NCBI GenBank assembly: GCA_040390065.1
Contig: JAZJZE010000043.1
Span: forward strand, 1 to 26,725
DNA from: a bacterium
GTDB taxonomy: Archaea > Thermoplasmatota > E2 > JACPAO01 > JAHFTW01
Direction of reading: 5' to 3'
DNA: 26,725 nt
Part shown: piece after piece, positions 8,515-16,956 of the stretch
How positions within the stretch are numbered: position 1 is the first letter of the stretch
Layout: every line of letters starts with the position of its first letter
Position numbers and translations under genes: made by a program
Notes under the pieces: model-generated
The model's database searches: none
Seen by the model: the letters and a program-made list of their open reading frames with translations, nothing else
What the model was told of the DNA's origin: nothing

Positions 8515-10685
8515 GCGGTCGCCTTCTGAGTTGCCTGCGTGGGCACGTAGGGAGCGGCGCCTTGTTGCCGGGCGTCCTTGGCGCGGCCGGCAAAATGGTC
8601 GCTTCGGTCAACATCTTCGTGCGCCCATGCTGCGGCGAGAACAAGGTCGCGCGTAACGCTCGGCGATTCGCTCTGAATACGGGGTTGGTTGCGGTCCACC
8701 GAAGGGAAGTCATTGAGAAGAACTTCAACGTCATGAGCGGCCAACCCGTAGCCGCGAGCGACCAAGGCCTCGATGGTGCCTCGCAACATGCCAATCTGGA
8801 ACAGCCGCGCTTGAGACTTCGGTCCTTCTTCATGGCAATAGCGAGCTACCTTTTCGGAGGCAACGCGGAGCGCCTTTGTGTCGTGCTCAGACAGCACTGG
8901 AAGAGGAGCCTTGCGCAGAATGAAGAAATTCACCGTGTTGGTGACGTATCGGCGCATGAACCAATCAAAGGCGAATGAGTTCCAGACCGCCACGAGTTCT
9001 TCCCATGCCACAGGGATCTCGCTAGGAAGGACCGTGGGGACCTTGTTGCCGCAAACTGTTCCGGCCGGAATCCAGGAAGCGAGCATAGTGCGTTCGTTCG
9101 TTTGTCCAGTGATGTCGCAGAACCCGACGCGGTCATGTTCCACCCGGTCCTGAAGGCGTTCGGGAAGCTGGTCCTCGTCGACCCAGAATTGCGGATGTTC
9201 TGGCCGGTTGGCATATGGCCCGAGCGGTTCCCATTCGGCCCGCCGCCCGGTGCCCGACCGAAATGCCTTGGCCCCAGCGTCGTACTGGTGAACCATGCGC
9301 CCTTCAATGAGGGCCATGTGGTCTTGCTCATGTTCCCGCCGGAAGAGGTTGCGGTGGTTGGTCATGTCGAGTTCCCGGACGATGCTGCCCGGGCGCTGCA
9401 GCCATTCCGGAACCTGTCCATGCGTGTTCATCTTGCGCAAAATGTTCAATTCCTGCTTGTTGCGAACTTCCGGAATCAAGAAGTCCGGTCGCCGAACTTC
9501 ACGTCCCCTCTTCATCAGACGAACCGGTGCATTATCCTGGGCCACATGACCATTCGGCGTGTGTGGGTGCCCAAGGTCGAATGAGTCGCCAGGGGCGCTC
9601 GCGGGGCTGCCTGAGACAAGCAGGAACTTGAAACGTGAGTCGATGGGGAAGTGTCGCCCCTTGTTGTCCAGAACATCAAAGCGAAGCGCGTCCACGCCGT
9701 CGAATAGGGCCGCCCGCAACCGGCGCGTGCCTGAGTTGCGAATGAGACCCGCGGGCATTAGCACGGACATGTGCCCACGATTTTGCATCAGTTCCAGGCT
9801 CAGGGCAAGGAACGCTGAGGAAACATCGAGCTGCCCTCCTCCAAGAACGGGGAACCGTTCGCGGACAGCGTGCGAGTATGCAATGATGGAGTCGCGTTCG
9901 GTTGCAAAATTGGCCAGCGCGGCGTTTCGGACGGGCGCGCCGTAGTGGTGGTCCTCGTCGTGCTTGGCAACGTATTCGTGCCGACTTGGGCGCGGCTGTT
10001 CCCAAGGAGGATTGGCTAGAAACTCGGCCGGTGCGTCGACCAGGAAACCTTTCCATTCGGCGTCCGACGCGATCAGTGAATCGAAGGTGGCAAGATGCCG
10101 GCCCAACTTTTGGACGGTGGATGCCCGGCTTGCGGCGGAAGCCAAGGCCAGTCTCGCGCCGCGCACCGCAAGCGGGTCCCGGTCGACCCCGAAGAATCGA
10201 GTCGCGAGCGCTTCGTCAAGCTGCTTCGGCGCTTCATTCTGGAGGGCGACCGCTCGGGCAGCCAACAGGATGCCTGCCCCGCAGGCTGGGTCAAGGACAG
10301 GACCTTTGGGTTTTCCCAGAGAAGGCAAGGCCGCCACGAGGTGTTGCGCCAGACGCGAATCGGTGTAGAAGGCGCCGGCTTGACGACGTCCCGAGGAATC
10401 GCATGCACGATCTGCAAGAGCCGCGAAGGCGATGGGCGGCGGAATTCCCGTCGACTGAATCTCATGAAGGATTGCGGCGGAGGCTGCCACTGCGTCGCCC
10501 TTGCGCAGATGACGAGCGCGGCCAAAACCGTCTCCGATGCCATCAACGTCAAGCCCGGCATGCAGGGCGGCAGCATGTTCCAGAATGGCTAGCGCCTGCT
10601 CCGCTCCCAAGGAGCGGCTTGCGTTCTCGAGTGTGGCGCGGGCGGGCCAAAGGAGACGCTCGTCGCGAGTCTGGGGCTTGGTCAC
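8511..10685 (-). CDS. Gamma-class N6-adenine DNA methyltransferase (Eco57I/type IIG-like M domain plus TRD), ~724 aa
   Basis: GAFYT, VLDPACGAG (SAM binding), ANPPW (motif IV); GTG start at 10685 overlaps the upstream stop (GTGA); no obvious nuclease domain. Confidence 0.85.
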   Translation of the reverse strand: MTKPQTRDERLLWPARATLENASRSLGAEQALAILEHAAALHAGLDVDGIGDGFGRARHLRKGDAVAASAAILHEIQSTGIPPPIAFAALADRACDSSGRRQAGAFYTDSRLAQHLVAALPSLGKPKGPVLDPACGAGILLAARAVALQNEAPKQLDEALATRFFGVDRDPLAVRGARLALASAASRASTVQKLGRHLATFDSLIASDAEWKGFLVDAPAEFLANPPWEQPRPSRHEYVAKHDEDHHYGAPVRNAALANFATERDSIIAYSHAVRERFPVLGGGQLDVSSAFLALSLELMQNRGHMSVLMPAGLIRNSGTRRLRAALFDGVDALRFDVLDNKGRHFPIDSRFKFLLVSGSPASAPGDSFDLGHPHTPNGHVAQDNAPVRLMKRGREVRRPDFLIPEVRNKQELNILRKMNTHGQVPEWLQRPGSIVRELDMTNHRNLFRREHEQDHMALIEGRMVHQYDAGAKAFRSGTGRRAEWEPLGPYANRPEHPQFWVDEDQLPERLQDRVEHDRVGFCDITGQTNERTMLASWIPAGTVCGNKVPTVLPSEIPVAWEELVAVWNSFAFDWFMRRYVTNTVNFFILRKAPLPVLSEHDTKALRVASEKVARYCHEEGPKSQARLFQIGMLRGTIEALVARGYGLAAHDVEVLLNDFPSVDRNQPRIQSESPSVTRDLVLAAAWAHEDVDRSDHFAGRAKDARQQGAAPYVPTQATQKATA

Positions 10686-11809
10686 GGGCTGCGACCCCCC
10701 ATGCGGACGTCGAAAAGGAGTTCCTCGACCGTTTCCCCGTTCTTCTTCGCATCTTGATTGGAAAGGTAGCGGCCAATGGCCCCGATACGCTTGACGGTTA
10801 CTTTCCCGTGCTGCGACAGAACGTCGAGGATTGCGGATTCTGTGAGATGCCCCTCGTTGCTGTAGGACATGAGCAGTCGCCCGGCCGATAGCCCTGCGGC
10901 AAGGCGTTCGAGAGCGACCTTCGCCTTCCGTTTGTAGCAAAAGTCGCTGCTCCGCTGCTCCCATGGTCGCAGGCCTGTGATGCCTTGGACAACCGGCACG
11001 TCCTCGCAGGCCAGAGTCTCCAGGATGTGGTAGTATGCAGCATACTGGCGCTTCGTGTAGGGCGGGTCCAAGTAGACCACATCCTCGCGGGTTGTTGCGA
11101 CTGCGTCTGCGTCATCACGGGACCAGGAGAAGGCGGGGGCCCCGTCAGCCCGCAAGGCTCGCGGTATAAGGCGCAAAGGCCGGAGCGCATTGGGCTGCCA
11201 TTTGCTCATGAAGCAGCCATAGGTGCCTGCGATGTTCGCCACCGCGTTTGTGGCGAGCATGAGGTCAGACAAGAGAACCATGTGCTCTAGCTGCGTAATC
11301 TGGCCCAACTGTTGCCATGCCGCAATCGTCGCACGAATTGCGTCGATTTTCATTGCGTTGCTGCGCGTGAAATACATCCTCCCCGGCGCGCTGAGGTCGA
11401 GCGGGCGGCTGTATTCGCGTGCGAAAAAGCGCCGCGTAGGTCGCGCCTCGTTTAGGTCTTGAATGGCCTGAACGTAGCCGTCCCTGACCGCGAAGGGGAC
11501 GTCACTTTCGCGGGCCAGTCCGGCCACGGATGTGCATACCGCCGACGACAGGTGGTCGTTGATGTGCACTCGCCATCCCGTCTGGGCCGCCCATTGGGCG
11601 ACGGCACCCGTGCCTGACATGATGTCGACGAATCGCCCACCGTTCGTCGGCGCATCGCCAAGCGCACGCATGATGGCCCGCACGACGCGCGTCTTGTTGC
11701 CGAGGTAGCGGAGCCTGGACGCACCCGACGTCGGTCCGCCAGGGTTTGGTTGCGGCGCTGGCTTCGTCACCAGGACGGTGCGCGCGCGCTGCAAGCCAGA
11801 ACTCGCCAT
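10682..11809 (-). CDS. Alpha-class (D12, M.FokI/M.NlaIII-like) N6-adenine DNA methyltransferase, ~375 aa
   Basis: LRYLGNK, FVDIMSGTGAV, VANIAGTYG, YLDPPY, YHILET, MSYSNEG; TTAAAG box ~20 nt upstream of ATG 11809. Confidence 0.9.
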   Translation of the reverse strand: MASSGLQRARTVLVTKPAPQPNPGGPTSGASRLRYLGNKTRVVRAIMRALGDAPTNGGRFVDIMSGTGAVAQWAAQTGWRVHINDHLSSAVCTSVAGLARESDVPFAVRDGYVQAIQDLNEARPTRRFFAREYSRPLDLSAPGRMYFTRSNAMKIDAIRATIAAWQQLGQITQLEHMVLLSDLMLATNAVANIAGTYGCFMSKWQPNALRPLRLIPRALRADGAPAFSWSRDDADAVATTREDVVYLDPPYTKRQYAAYYHILETLACEDVPVVQGITGLRPWEQRSSDFCYKRKAKVALERLAAGLSAGRLLMSYSNEGHLTESAILDVLSQHGKVTVKRIGAIGRYLSNQDAKKNGETVEELLFDVRMGGRSP

Positions 11810-11940
11810 GTTGGGGTCTCCATGCTTTAAGTGCCATATGGGGCTACCGTAGGGACTCAAGGCTCTCCACTCTGTTGAGTAGGATGAACCACGCGGGGAG
11901 GTCGGTGAAAGTGGTTCCAGCGACCCCGGTGCGCGATGAC

Positions 11941-13308
11941 TCATGTGGCGTTCGCCTCGCCCAGATGCCGCGTCCGGCCCGCCGCCACGGTCATGGAATG
12001 GTAAAGCGTCCCTAGGTCGACCCACGTCGAGTCCGCCAGCGATTGGGCACCGCCGACGAAATTGATCTCGATGCCGTGCTCTACCGAGAGCACGACGAGC
12101 CGGGTGAGGTTGTATGCGATGGCCATGCAGAGAATCTCGTTGCGCTGCGCGGTCGGGTTGCTGGAGTAGATTTGGTCGCCGAGGAACGCCTTGAAGGCAC
12201 GGTTGCCGGTCTCGGCGTTACTGCGGCGGTTGGCACGCGCCGCGTAGCCCTCGGGGTCGATGCGGGACTGGTGGACGTAGGCGCGATACGCCTTCGCTCG
12301 CGCACCCGTCTGGCGGCTAGGTGCGGCGTTCGCCTTGAGCTTGATTTGCGGCTCGATGCCGTGGCGCCGCGCGTACTCGTAGATGTAGTAGGCATTGTAC
12401 GCCTTGTCCGCACCAAGTTCGCGCAGGTCGAGCATGATGCTCGCGCGTTCCAACAGCGGCAGCAACCACGGGGCCTCGCCGAAGGGGCCGGGTTGCGCGT
12501 AGAGCGCGGCAATCATCGTGTATTCGTAGGTCCACAGAAACTCCGCGTAGTTCCAGCGGTGTTCGCGGCGCTCGGGGCGCTTGTGGTGCTTCTCCTCGAA
12601 GAAGGCCGTGAAGTGCTGCTCCGTGAGACCAGTGCCGTCGGGATGCACGAGCGTCTCGTAGGGCTTGGCGGGCCACGTGGTCAACGCGAGCAGCTTCTCC
12701 AACAGAGTCGTCGTCTCGGAGTCGACGAGGAACTTACTCATCGTGCTCCGGCTGAAGCCACCGTAGGGGTTGTGCTGCCGGTGGTCCGCGCTCGCCATGA
12801 GGCCCTGGCTCGCGCGCAGGTTGTTTCGCCACGCGACCCGCATGATGCTCTGGTAGAGCAAACCGAAGGTCGACGCGGGCGGACGGCCGCCCTTGGGGTT
12901 GATGACGGGTGGCTCGACCATGACCGGCAAGCCTTCGCGCAGAAGTCTCCCGAGCAGCTCGGGCAACTTCGTCGGCACGAGCTTCCATGCCGCCTCTTCA
13001 AGGCCGTGGTCGCGTGCTTCGTTGCCTTTGCGGTAGACGTCGGCGGCCGTGTTTGGCGTGATGGCTAGGCCCTCGTAGATGAGGACCGCGAGGATGTGGC
13101 TGCACGGCTGGTCCTGGCTGTTGCGCTTGTCCGACGAGCATCGGAACTGGTCGCCCACGCGGCGAACGCGAACGCGCCGGCTCGGGGTGCGGAGGCTGTA
13201 GACCTCCCAACGTTCCGGGTTGACCTTGAGGATGGCGTCCTCATGGCTGAGGATTTTCATGGTGTTGGCGACCATGTTGCGCGCCAGGCTCCGGACGTCG
13301 AGGGTCAC
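11941..13308 (-). CDS. DDE transposase (IS4/IS5-like) with an N-terminal SWIM-like Zn finger, ~455 aa
   Basis: FRCSSD...PCSHILAV (SWIM-like), PDGTG (D1), ADKAY (D2), RSNAETGNRAFK (R-x3-E-x6-K), AYNL; GTG start overlaps the upstream stop (GTGA). Alternative ATG starts lie slightly downstream. Confidence 0.85.
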   Translation of the reverse strand: MTLDVRSLARNMVANTMKILSHEDAILKVNPERWEVYSLRTPSRRVRVRRVGDQFRCSSDKRNSQDQPCSHILAVLIYEGLAITPNTAADVYRKGNEARDHGLEEAAWKLVPTKLPELLGRLLREGLPVMVEPPVINPKGGRPPASTFGLLYQSIMRVAWRNNLRASQGLMASADHRQHNPYGGFSRSTMSKFLVDSETTTLLEKLLALTTWPAKPYETLVHPDGTGLTEQHFTAFFEEKHHKRPERREHRWNYAEFLWTYEYTMIAALYAQPGPFGEAPWLLPLLERASIMLDLRELGADKAYNAYYIYEYARRHGIEPQIKLKANAAPSRQTGARAKAYRAYVHQSRIDPEGYAARANRRSNAETGNRAFKAFLGDQIYSSNPTAQRNEILCMAIAYNLTRLVVLSVEHGIEINFVGGAQSLADSTWVDLGTLYHSMTVAAGRTRHLGEANAT

Positions 13309-14066
13309 AGGCTGTGCCTCCGGTGCTTGACTCCGCCCGAGTAGCCGAGGTGCTGGTCGAGCCAATCGTTGCCGGTCGTCTCGGGCGCTGCCTCGGGTTT
13401 GGCCCAGATTCCATCCGGCAGGCTCATGGGCGGCCTGCCGGGCGGCGGCGTCTCGGGGGACTCCTCGACCTTGTGGCCGTTGGCACCTTTCAGGTTGCTG
13501 ACCAGCGCAGCTAGGCCAATGCCTGCTGCCGCGACGCCTCCTGCCACGAGCCAGCCCTCGCCGGGCGCCTTGCTCGTCGGCTCCGGTGGCGGAGTCGGTT
13601 CGATCTCCGGGGCTTGCGTCAGGGGCGCCGATTGCAGGGGCGCGGGTGTCGGCGGGGTGGCCACGGGGGCGGGCGCTTGCACGGCGGTAGGCTCCGGTGC
13701 TCGCTGCCACGCCGCCTCTGCAATGCGTTGGTCCGCGCGCGCACGGCTGGCTTCGAGCGACTTCTCGGTCAACTCTTGCAGAGCACGCTTGAAATCCGCC
13801 TTCGCGTCGGTCGCGGCCGGTTGCGGCGAGGCCGGCGGCGAGGTTGGGGTCGGGCTCGCGGCCTTCCGACTGGCAGCATGGCGGTGCGCGCCGCGCACCC
13901 TTGCGCCCGCCTTGGTGGGCTTGTGGTTCGGCCCGAGGGGCATCCTCATCCCATGGGCCTGGCGGAAGGATGCATGGGTGCCGTCGTTGAAGGTCGCAAG
14001 GTGTCCGCTGCGGCCCTTGAGGCTGCGGAAGGTCCGGCCGCACGCGGGGCAGGTCGTGTCGGTCAT
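13305..14066 (-). CDS. C2H2-like Zn-finger protein with Pro-rich linker and one hydrophobic segment, ~253 aa
   Basis: CPAC-x3-F-x8-H...H at the N-terminus; WLVAGGVAAAGIGLAALV segment; coupled to the transposase. Confidence 0.65.
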   Translation of the reverse strand: MTDTTCPACGRTFRSLKGRSGHLATFNDGTHASFRQAHGMRMPLGPNHKPTKAGARVRGAHRHAASRKAASPTPTSPPASPQPAATDAKADFKRALQELTEKSLEASRARADQRIAEAAWQRAPEPTAVQAPAPVATPPTPAPLQSAPLTQAPEIEPTPPPEPTSKAPGEGWLVAGGVAAAGIGLAALVSNLKGANGHKVEESPETPPPGRPPMSLPDGIWAKPEAAPETTGNDWLDQHLGYSGGVKHRRHSL

Positions 14067-15384
14067 GCTGCACGCCATTGCGCGGCAGTCCGCATAACCC
14101 GTGGACGACCCCTGGCCCCACGTGGCCCCCAGGTCTCTACCATGAAGGATAGGGTGTGGCGGGAGGGCCACATCAAGGGACGCGCATAGGTCGGCACCAG
14201 TGGTTCCAACAGGAGGGAAAGGGTGCTTGGGTGAGGGTGTTCCGGGGTGGCGCCACTGGTGCCAACCCGTGCCGACTGTCGCATATCAACAAGGTTGGCG
14301 ACGGACCACGATGAAGGCTGGAGGAGCCCTCTGCACCCCTGTGCACCTTTTGCGCGGGGGTCACGTGTAGCCACGTGGGGGGCACGTTGGGTCGTCACGC
14401 GGGACCTGTTGGTGGCCGCCCAACGAATACGGATGACGTAGGTATGGGTAGGGTGGTCGACGGCCTGCTGATATGAAGAAAGGGCGAGGGCGGCGTGCGT
14501 GCTCTCCTGTTGGATGCGTCCATACCCATCCTTACCCGACCCATGGGTGCGCGTCATCGGAGACCCGGTGGCTTCGCCTCCAACCTATACTGTCGCGCAC
14601 CCGTCGCGTACTGTGGGGCGCGCAACAGGAGGAAAACGCGTCCTCGGCCTTCACCCTTGAAGGCTCGCGGACCCCGCGCTTGATAAACCGCATTTGAAGG
14701 GTGCATGGTCCCACTACCCCACACGGTTCACCAAAGGGTGCACAGGTCACCCAAGCGCCGGGCGCGGGCGGGCAAGCGTGAAGACAGCACCCTTCGTGGT
14801 GCGGACCCAATGCCGCGAGTCAAGGGTGCTGCAACGGTGCTTCACGTCAAGGGTCCAGTCGTATTGGACTGGGGCAACGGCATCCGAATCCAACTCCCGC
14901 CCGCGGGCGTGATGGGTGCTCCCGCACCCATCGCCTCGCCTGCCCGCAAGGGTGCTGGGCGCCCGCCCAGCGCGGCCACACTTGCCTTGCGTGACGCGAT
15001 GGCCAAGGATGCCCAGTCAGAGCACCCTCGAAGTCGAGCCCACTACCTCGCCGTGCTACAGGGCGCTGGTGGCCCCGTCTCACCCAACGCGGCGGGCATC
15101 ATCATCAACCGGGAGGCCAAGCGTGCGTTCGGTCACCCATTGGGAAGGGGGAAGGCCAAGGGTGCATCCAAGGGTGCTCGCCGGGGTGGGCGCCAGGCGT
15201 CCCCGGCTACGGCAGCCTTGAGGGCGAAGCTCGCCGAGGATGCCGCGAGGGGTGAGGTGCGGGATGCACCCTTTTACGTACGATGGGTCGTGACCAGCCC
15301 GGCGTCAAACTCGGGTTGAAGGGTGCTCGGCCAATCGCTTACCGCGAGCTTCGGACTGTCCGCGGGTGAACCAGCGGCACCCTT
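13895..15384. repeat. Dispersed cluster of the 8-mer AAGGGTGC/GCACCCTT
   Basis: Exact copies at 13895(-), 14219, 14697, 14734, 14787(-), 14822, 14948, 15158, 15170, 15266(-), 15319, 15377(-), plus many 1-mismatch variants. Confidence 0.9.
14810..15369 (+). CDS. Small basic protein with two tandem homologous helical domains; apparent frameshift near 15291
   Basis: Repeat 1 GRPPSAATLALRDAMAKDA...HYL...IIINREAK; repeat 2 GRQASPATAALRAKLAEDA...FYV. The frame stops at 15319, but the -1 frame continues DQPGVKLGLKGARPIAYRELRTVRG* to 15369 and completes repeat 2. Confidence 0.65.
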
Positions 15385-15409
15385 GTGGTCAGCTTGGAGG
15401 GCGGGCTTG

Positions 15410-15580
15410 CTAGGGCAGAACGTATCCAAGCGTGAGGAAGAGGGCGCCGCCTCCGAGCCATGCGGGCACCGTGAACTTGATGCCGTTGCCAAGGTCGACC
15501 TTGGAGATCCCGATGGCGAGATGACCAAGTCCGCCGAGGACCAGAATGGCGATACCGATGAGGGAGAACTCGAACGCCAT
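15410..15580 (-). CDS. 56-aa two-TM membrane protein (absent from the ORF track)
   Basis: MAFEFSLIGIAILVLGGLGHLAIGISKVDLGNGIKFTVPAWLGGGALFLTLGYVLP*; ATG lies 4 nt after the upstream stop. Confidence 0.7.
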   Translation of the reverse strand: MAFEFSLIGIAILVLGGLGHLAIGISKVDLGNGIKFTVPAWLGGGALFLTLGYVLP

Positions 15581-15584
15581 GATC

Positions 15585-16835
15585 TCAGGCCCTCTTGGCG
15601 TACGGGCTGTTCAGGGACAGGCCGGCTGAAAATGCGCTCAGCGGGTTGTCGGCGGGGCCATCGTCCTGCAAGGCCTTGCGAAGCTGGCTCGCGATTTCGG
15701 CCTTGTAGGTTTCCAGTTTGGGCACCAGGGTGTAAATGGTCCCAGTGTCAATCCTGACGACGCGCGTCTGCTGGATGTCGAAGGGAATCTTGTCGGCTGC
15801 CCGGGCGATGTGGATGGTGGGCAACCGGGCTGCATGCCGCAGGCAGAGCTCATAGAAGACGTTCGGGTTGAGGAATGAGAGGTCGGCGATGACGACCTTT
15901 GCGCGAAGGGTGTGCTCGAAGGTCTGATGCCCAATCATTCCTGCCTTGCCGATTGCATCGGCGCGCACGACCTGGAGACCCAACGGTTCGACGGCGGGCC
16001 GCACGATTGCTTCCAGGAATAGGTCGGAGTGCATCCGCTCCTCGGAACCTTCCTCCCCGATTGGTGCGATGTAGAAGCACGTCTTCTCCCACGCCACGTC
16101 GGGCGCTGCGCTCGAAGCAGTCCCAGATGCGAGTGCCGTGTCCCGCGTTTCTGGGGTGCGGGATTGAGTCGGCGTCGCCTTGGGCGTCTCTTCGAGGATG
16201 TGCTCAAGGGTGACGAGGCGGTCGGCACCAGCCAGGGTGCGAAGGGCACCCACGAACTTCGCGTTCGTCACGAAGGTGTCAACGCATTCGTCCTGGGCAT
16301 CCGGTTCAACGCCAACCTCGGCAAGGGCGTCCTTCATGACCGCCTTCGCGGGGAGTTTGTTGCCCTTGAACCGGTCGTGCAGGATGCGGAAGGGCTCGAC
16401 GTTGGTGATGGCGAGCTTGAACCTTGCTTGCGCCTTCGCATAAGCGGAAGCATCGGGGTCTGTTGCAGTGCGGCCGTCAGGGGTCAGTTCGAGCGTCTCT
16501 GCACCGTAGCCGCCGGTCGTGATTCCGTACCTTCCGGAGCTTGTGATGAGGGCTCGTGTTTGGCTGCTGTCCGGCGACTTCTTCATGTTATCCAGGAGGG
16601 TGATGCGCCGTACCTGCTGTCCGGACGCGTGCTCCTGGATGCCGTTGCCAATCTCCAGGGCATCCTCGAACGTTTCCGAGGGGAACGGGCGAGTCGTGCG
16701 CTTGCGGCGGGCCTTGACGTCGGCCGCAGTCTCCGGCAGCGGAGCAGCTTCCAGCACTGTGGCGCCGAGATGGCCGTTGGTCGTAGGGGTGGGCGTGACG
16801 GGGGCTTCGTTGTCGGACATGGGATTGTTCTCCAT
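15585..16835 (-). CDS. N-terminal wHTH-like domain plus C-terminal nucleoside 2-deoxyribosyltransferase (NDT)-like nucleotide hydrolase domain, 416 aa
   Basis: C-domain CFYIAPIG...RAD...VIADLSFLNPNVFYEL...IPFDI; N-domain RPFP...SSGRYGIT...LELTPDGR; perfect SD before ATG 16835. Confidence 0.8.
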   Translation of the reverse strand: MENNPMSDNEAPVTPTPTTNGHLGATVLEAAPLPETAADVKARRKRTTRPFPSETFEDALEIGNGIQEHASGQQVRRITLLDNMKKSPDSSQTRALITSSGRYGITTGGYGAETLELTPDGRTATDPDASAYAKAQARFKLAITNVEPFRILHDRFKGNKLPAKAVMKDALAEVGVEPDAQDECVDTFVTNAKFVGALRTLAGADRLVTLEHILEETPKATPTQSRTPETRDTALASGTASSAAPDVAWEKTCFYIAPIGEEGSEERMHSDLFLEAIVRPAVEPLGLQVVRADAIGKAGMIGHQTFEHTLRAKVVIADLSFLNPNVFYELCLRHAARLPTIHIARAADKIPFDIQQTRVVRIDTGTIYTLVPKLETYKAEIASQLRKALQDDGPADNPLSAFSAGLSLNSPYAKRA

Positions 16836-16840
16836 GGTGT

Positions 16841-16848
16841 TCACCTCC
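16841..16848 (-). promoter_or_regulatory. Shine-Dalgarno GGAGGTGA
   Basis: 5 nt upstream of ATG 16835. Confidence 0.8.
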
Positions 16849-16956
16849 GGGAGCGCCAGGGCCTTGAGGCAACTAACGGACCCGTGAGTGAAACCACCAC
16901 CCGCGGACCCGTTATGTAGGTTGTACAAGGGTACTATCTGTACAAGACGAGCAGTC

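Noticed and set aside
11899-11925. GTGGTTC resembling a tRNA T-arm, suggesting a tRNA integration site
   Set aside because: No cloverleaf or TTCGAATC; no tRNA found anywhere in the window.
13309-14121. N-terminal extension making the transposase 726 aa (likewise extensions of EF-2, both MTases and the Kelch protein)
   Set aside because: Low-complexity Arg-rich translation overlapping better genes or promoters; coupled or SD/TATA-supported starts lie downstream.
14863-16652. GNGI / GGCAACGGCATC shared by the 14810 protein, the 2TM protein and the NDT protein
   Set aside because: Common beta-turn peptide with preferred codons; it also occurs near 1680 outside the island, so likely coincidence.
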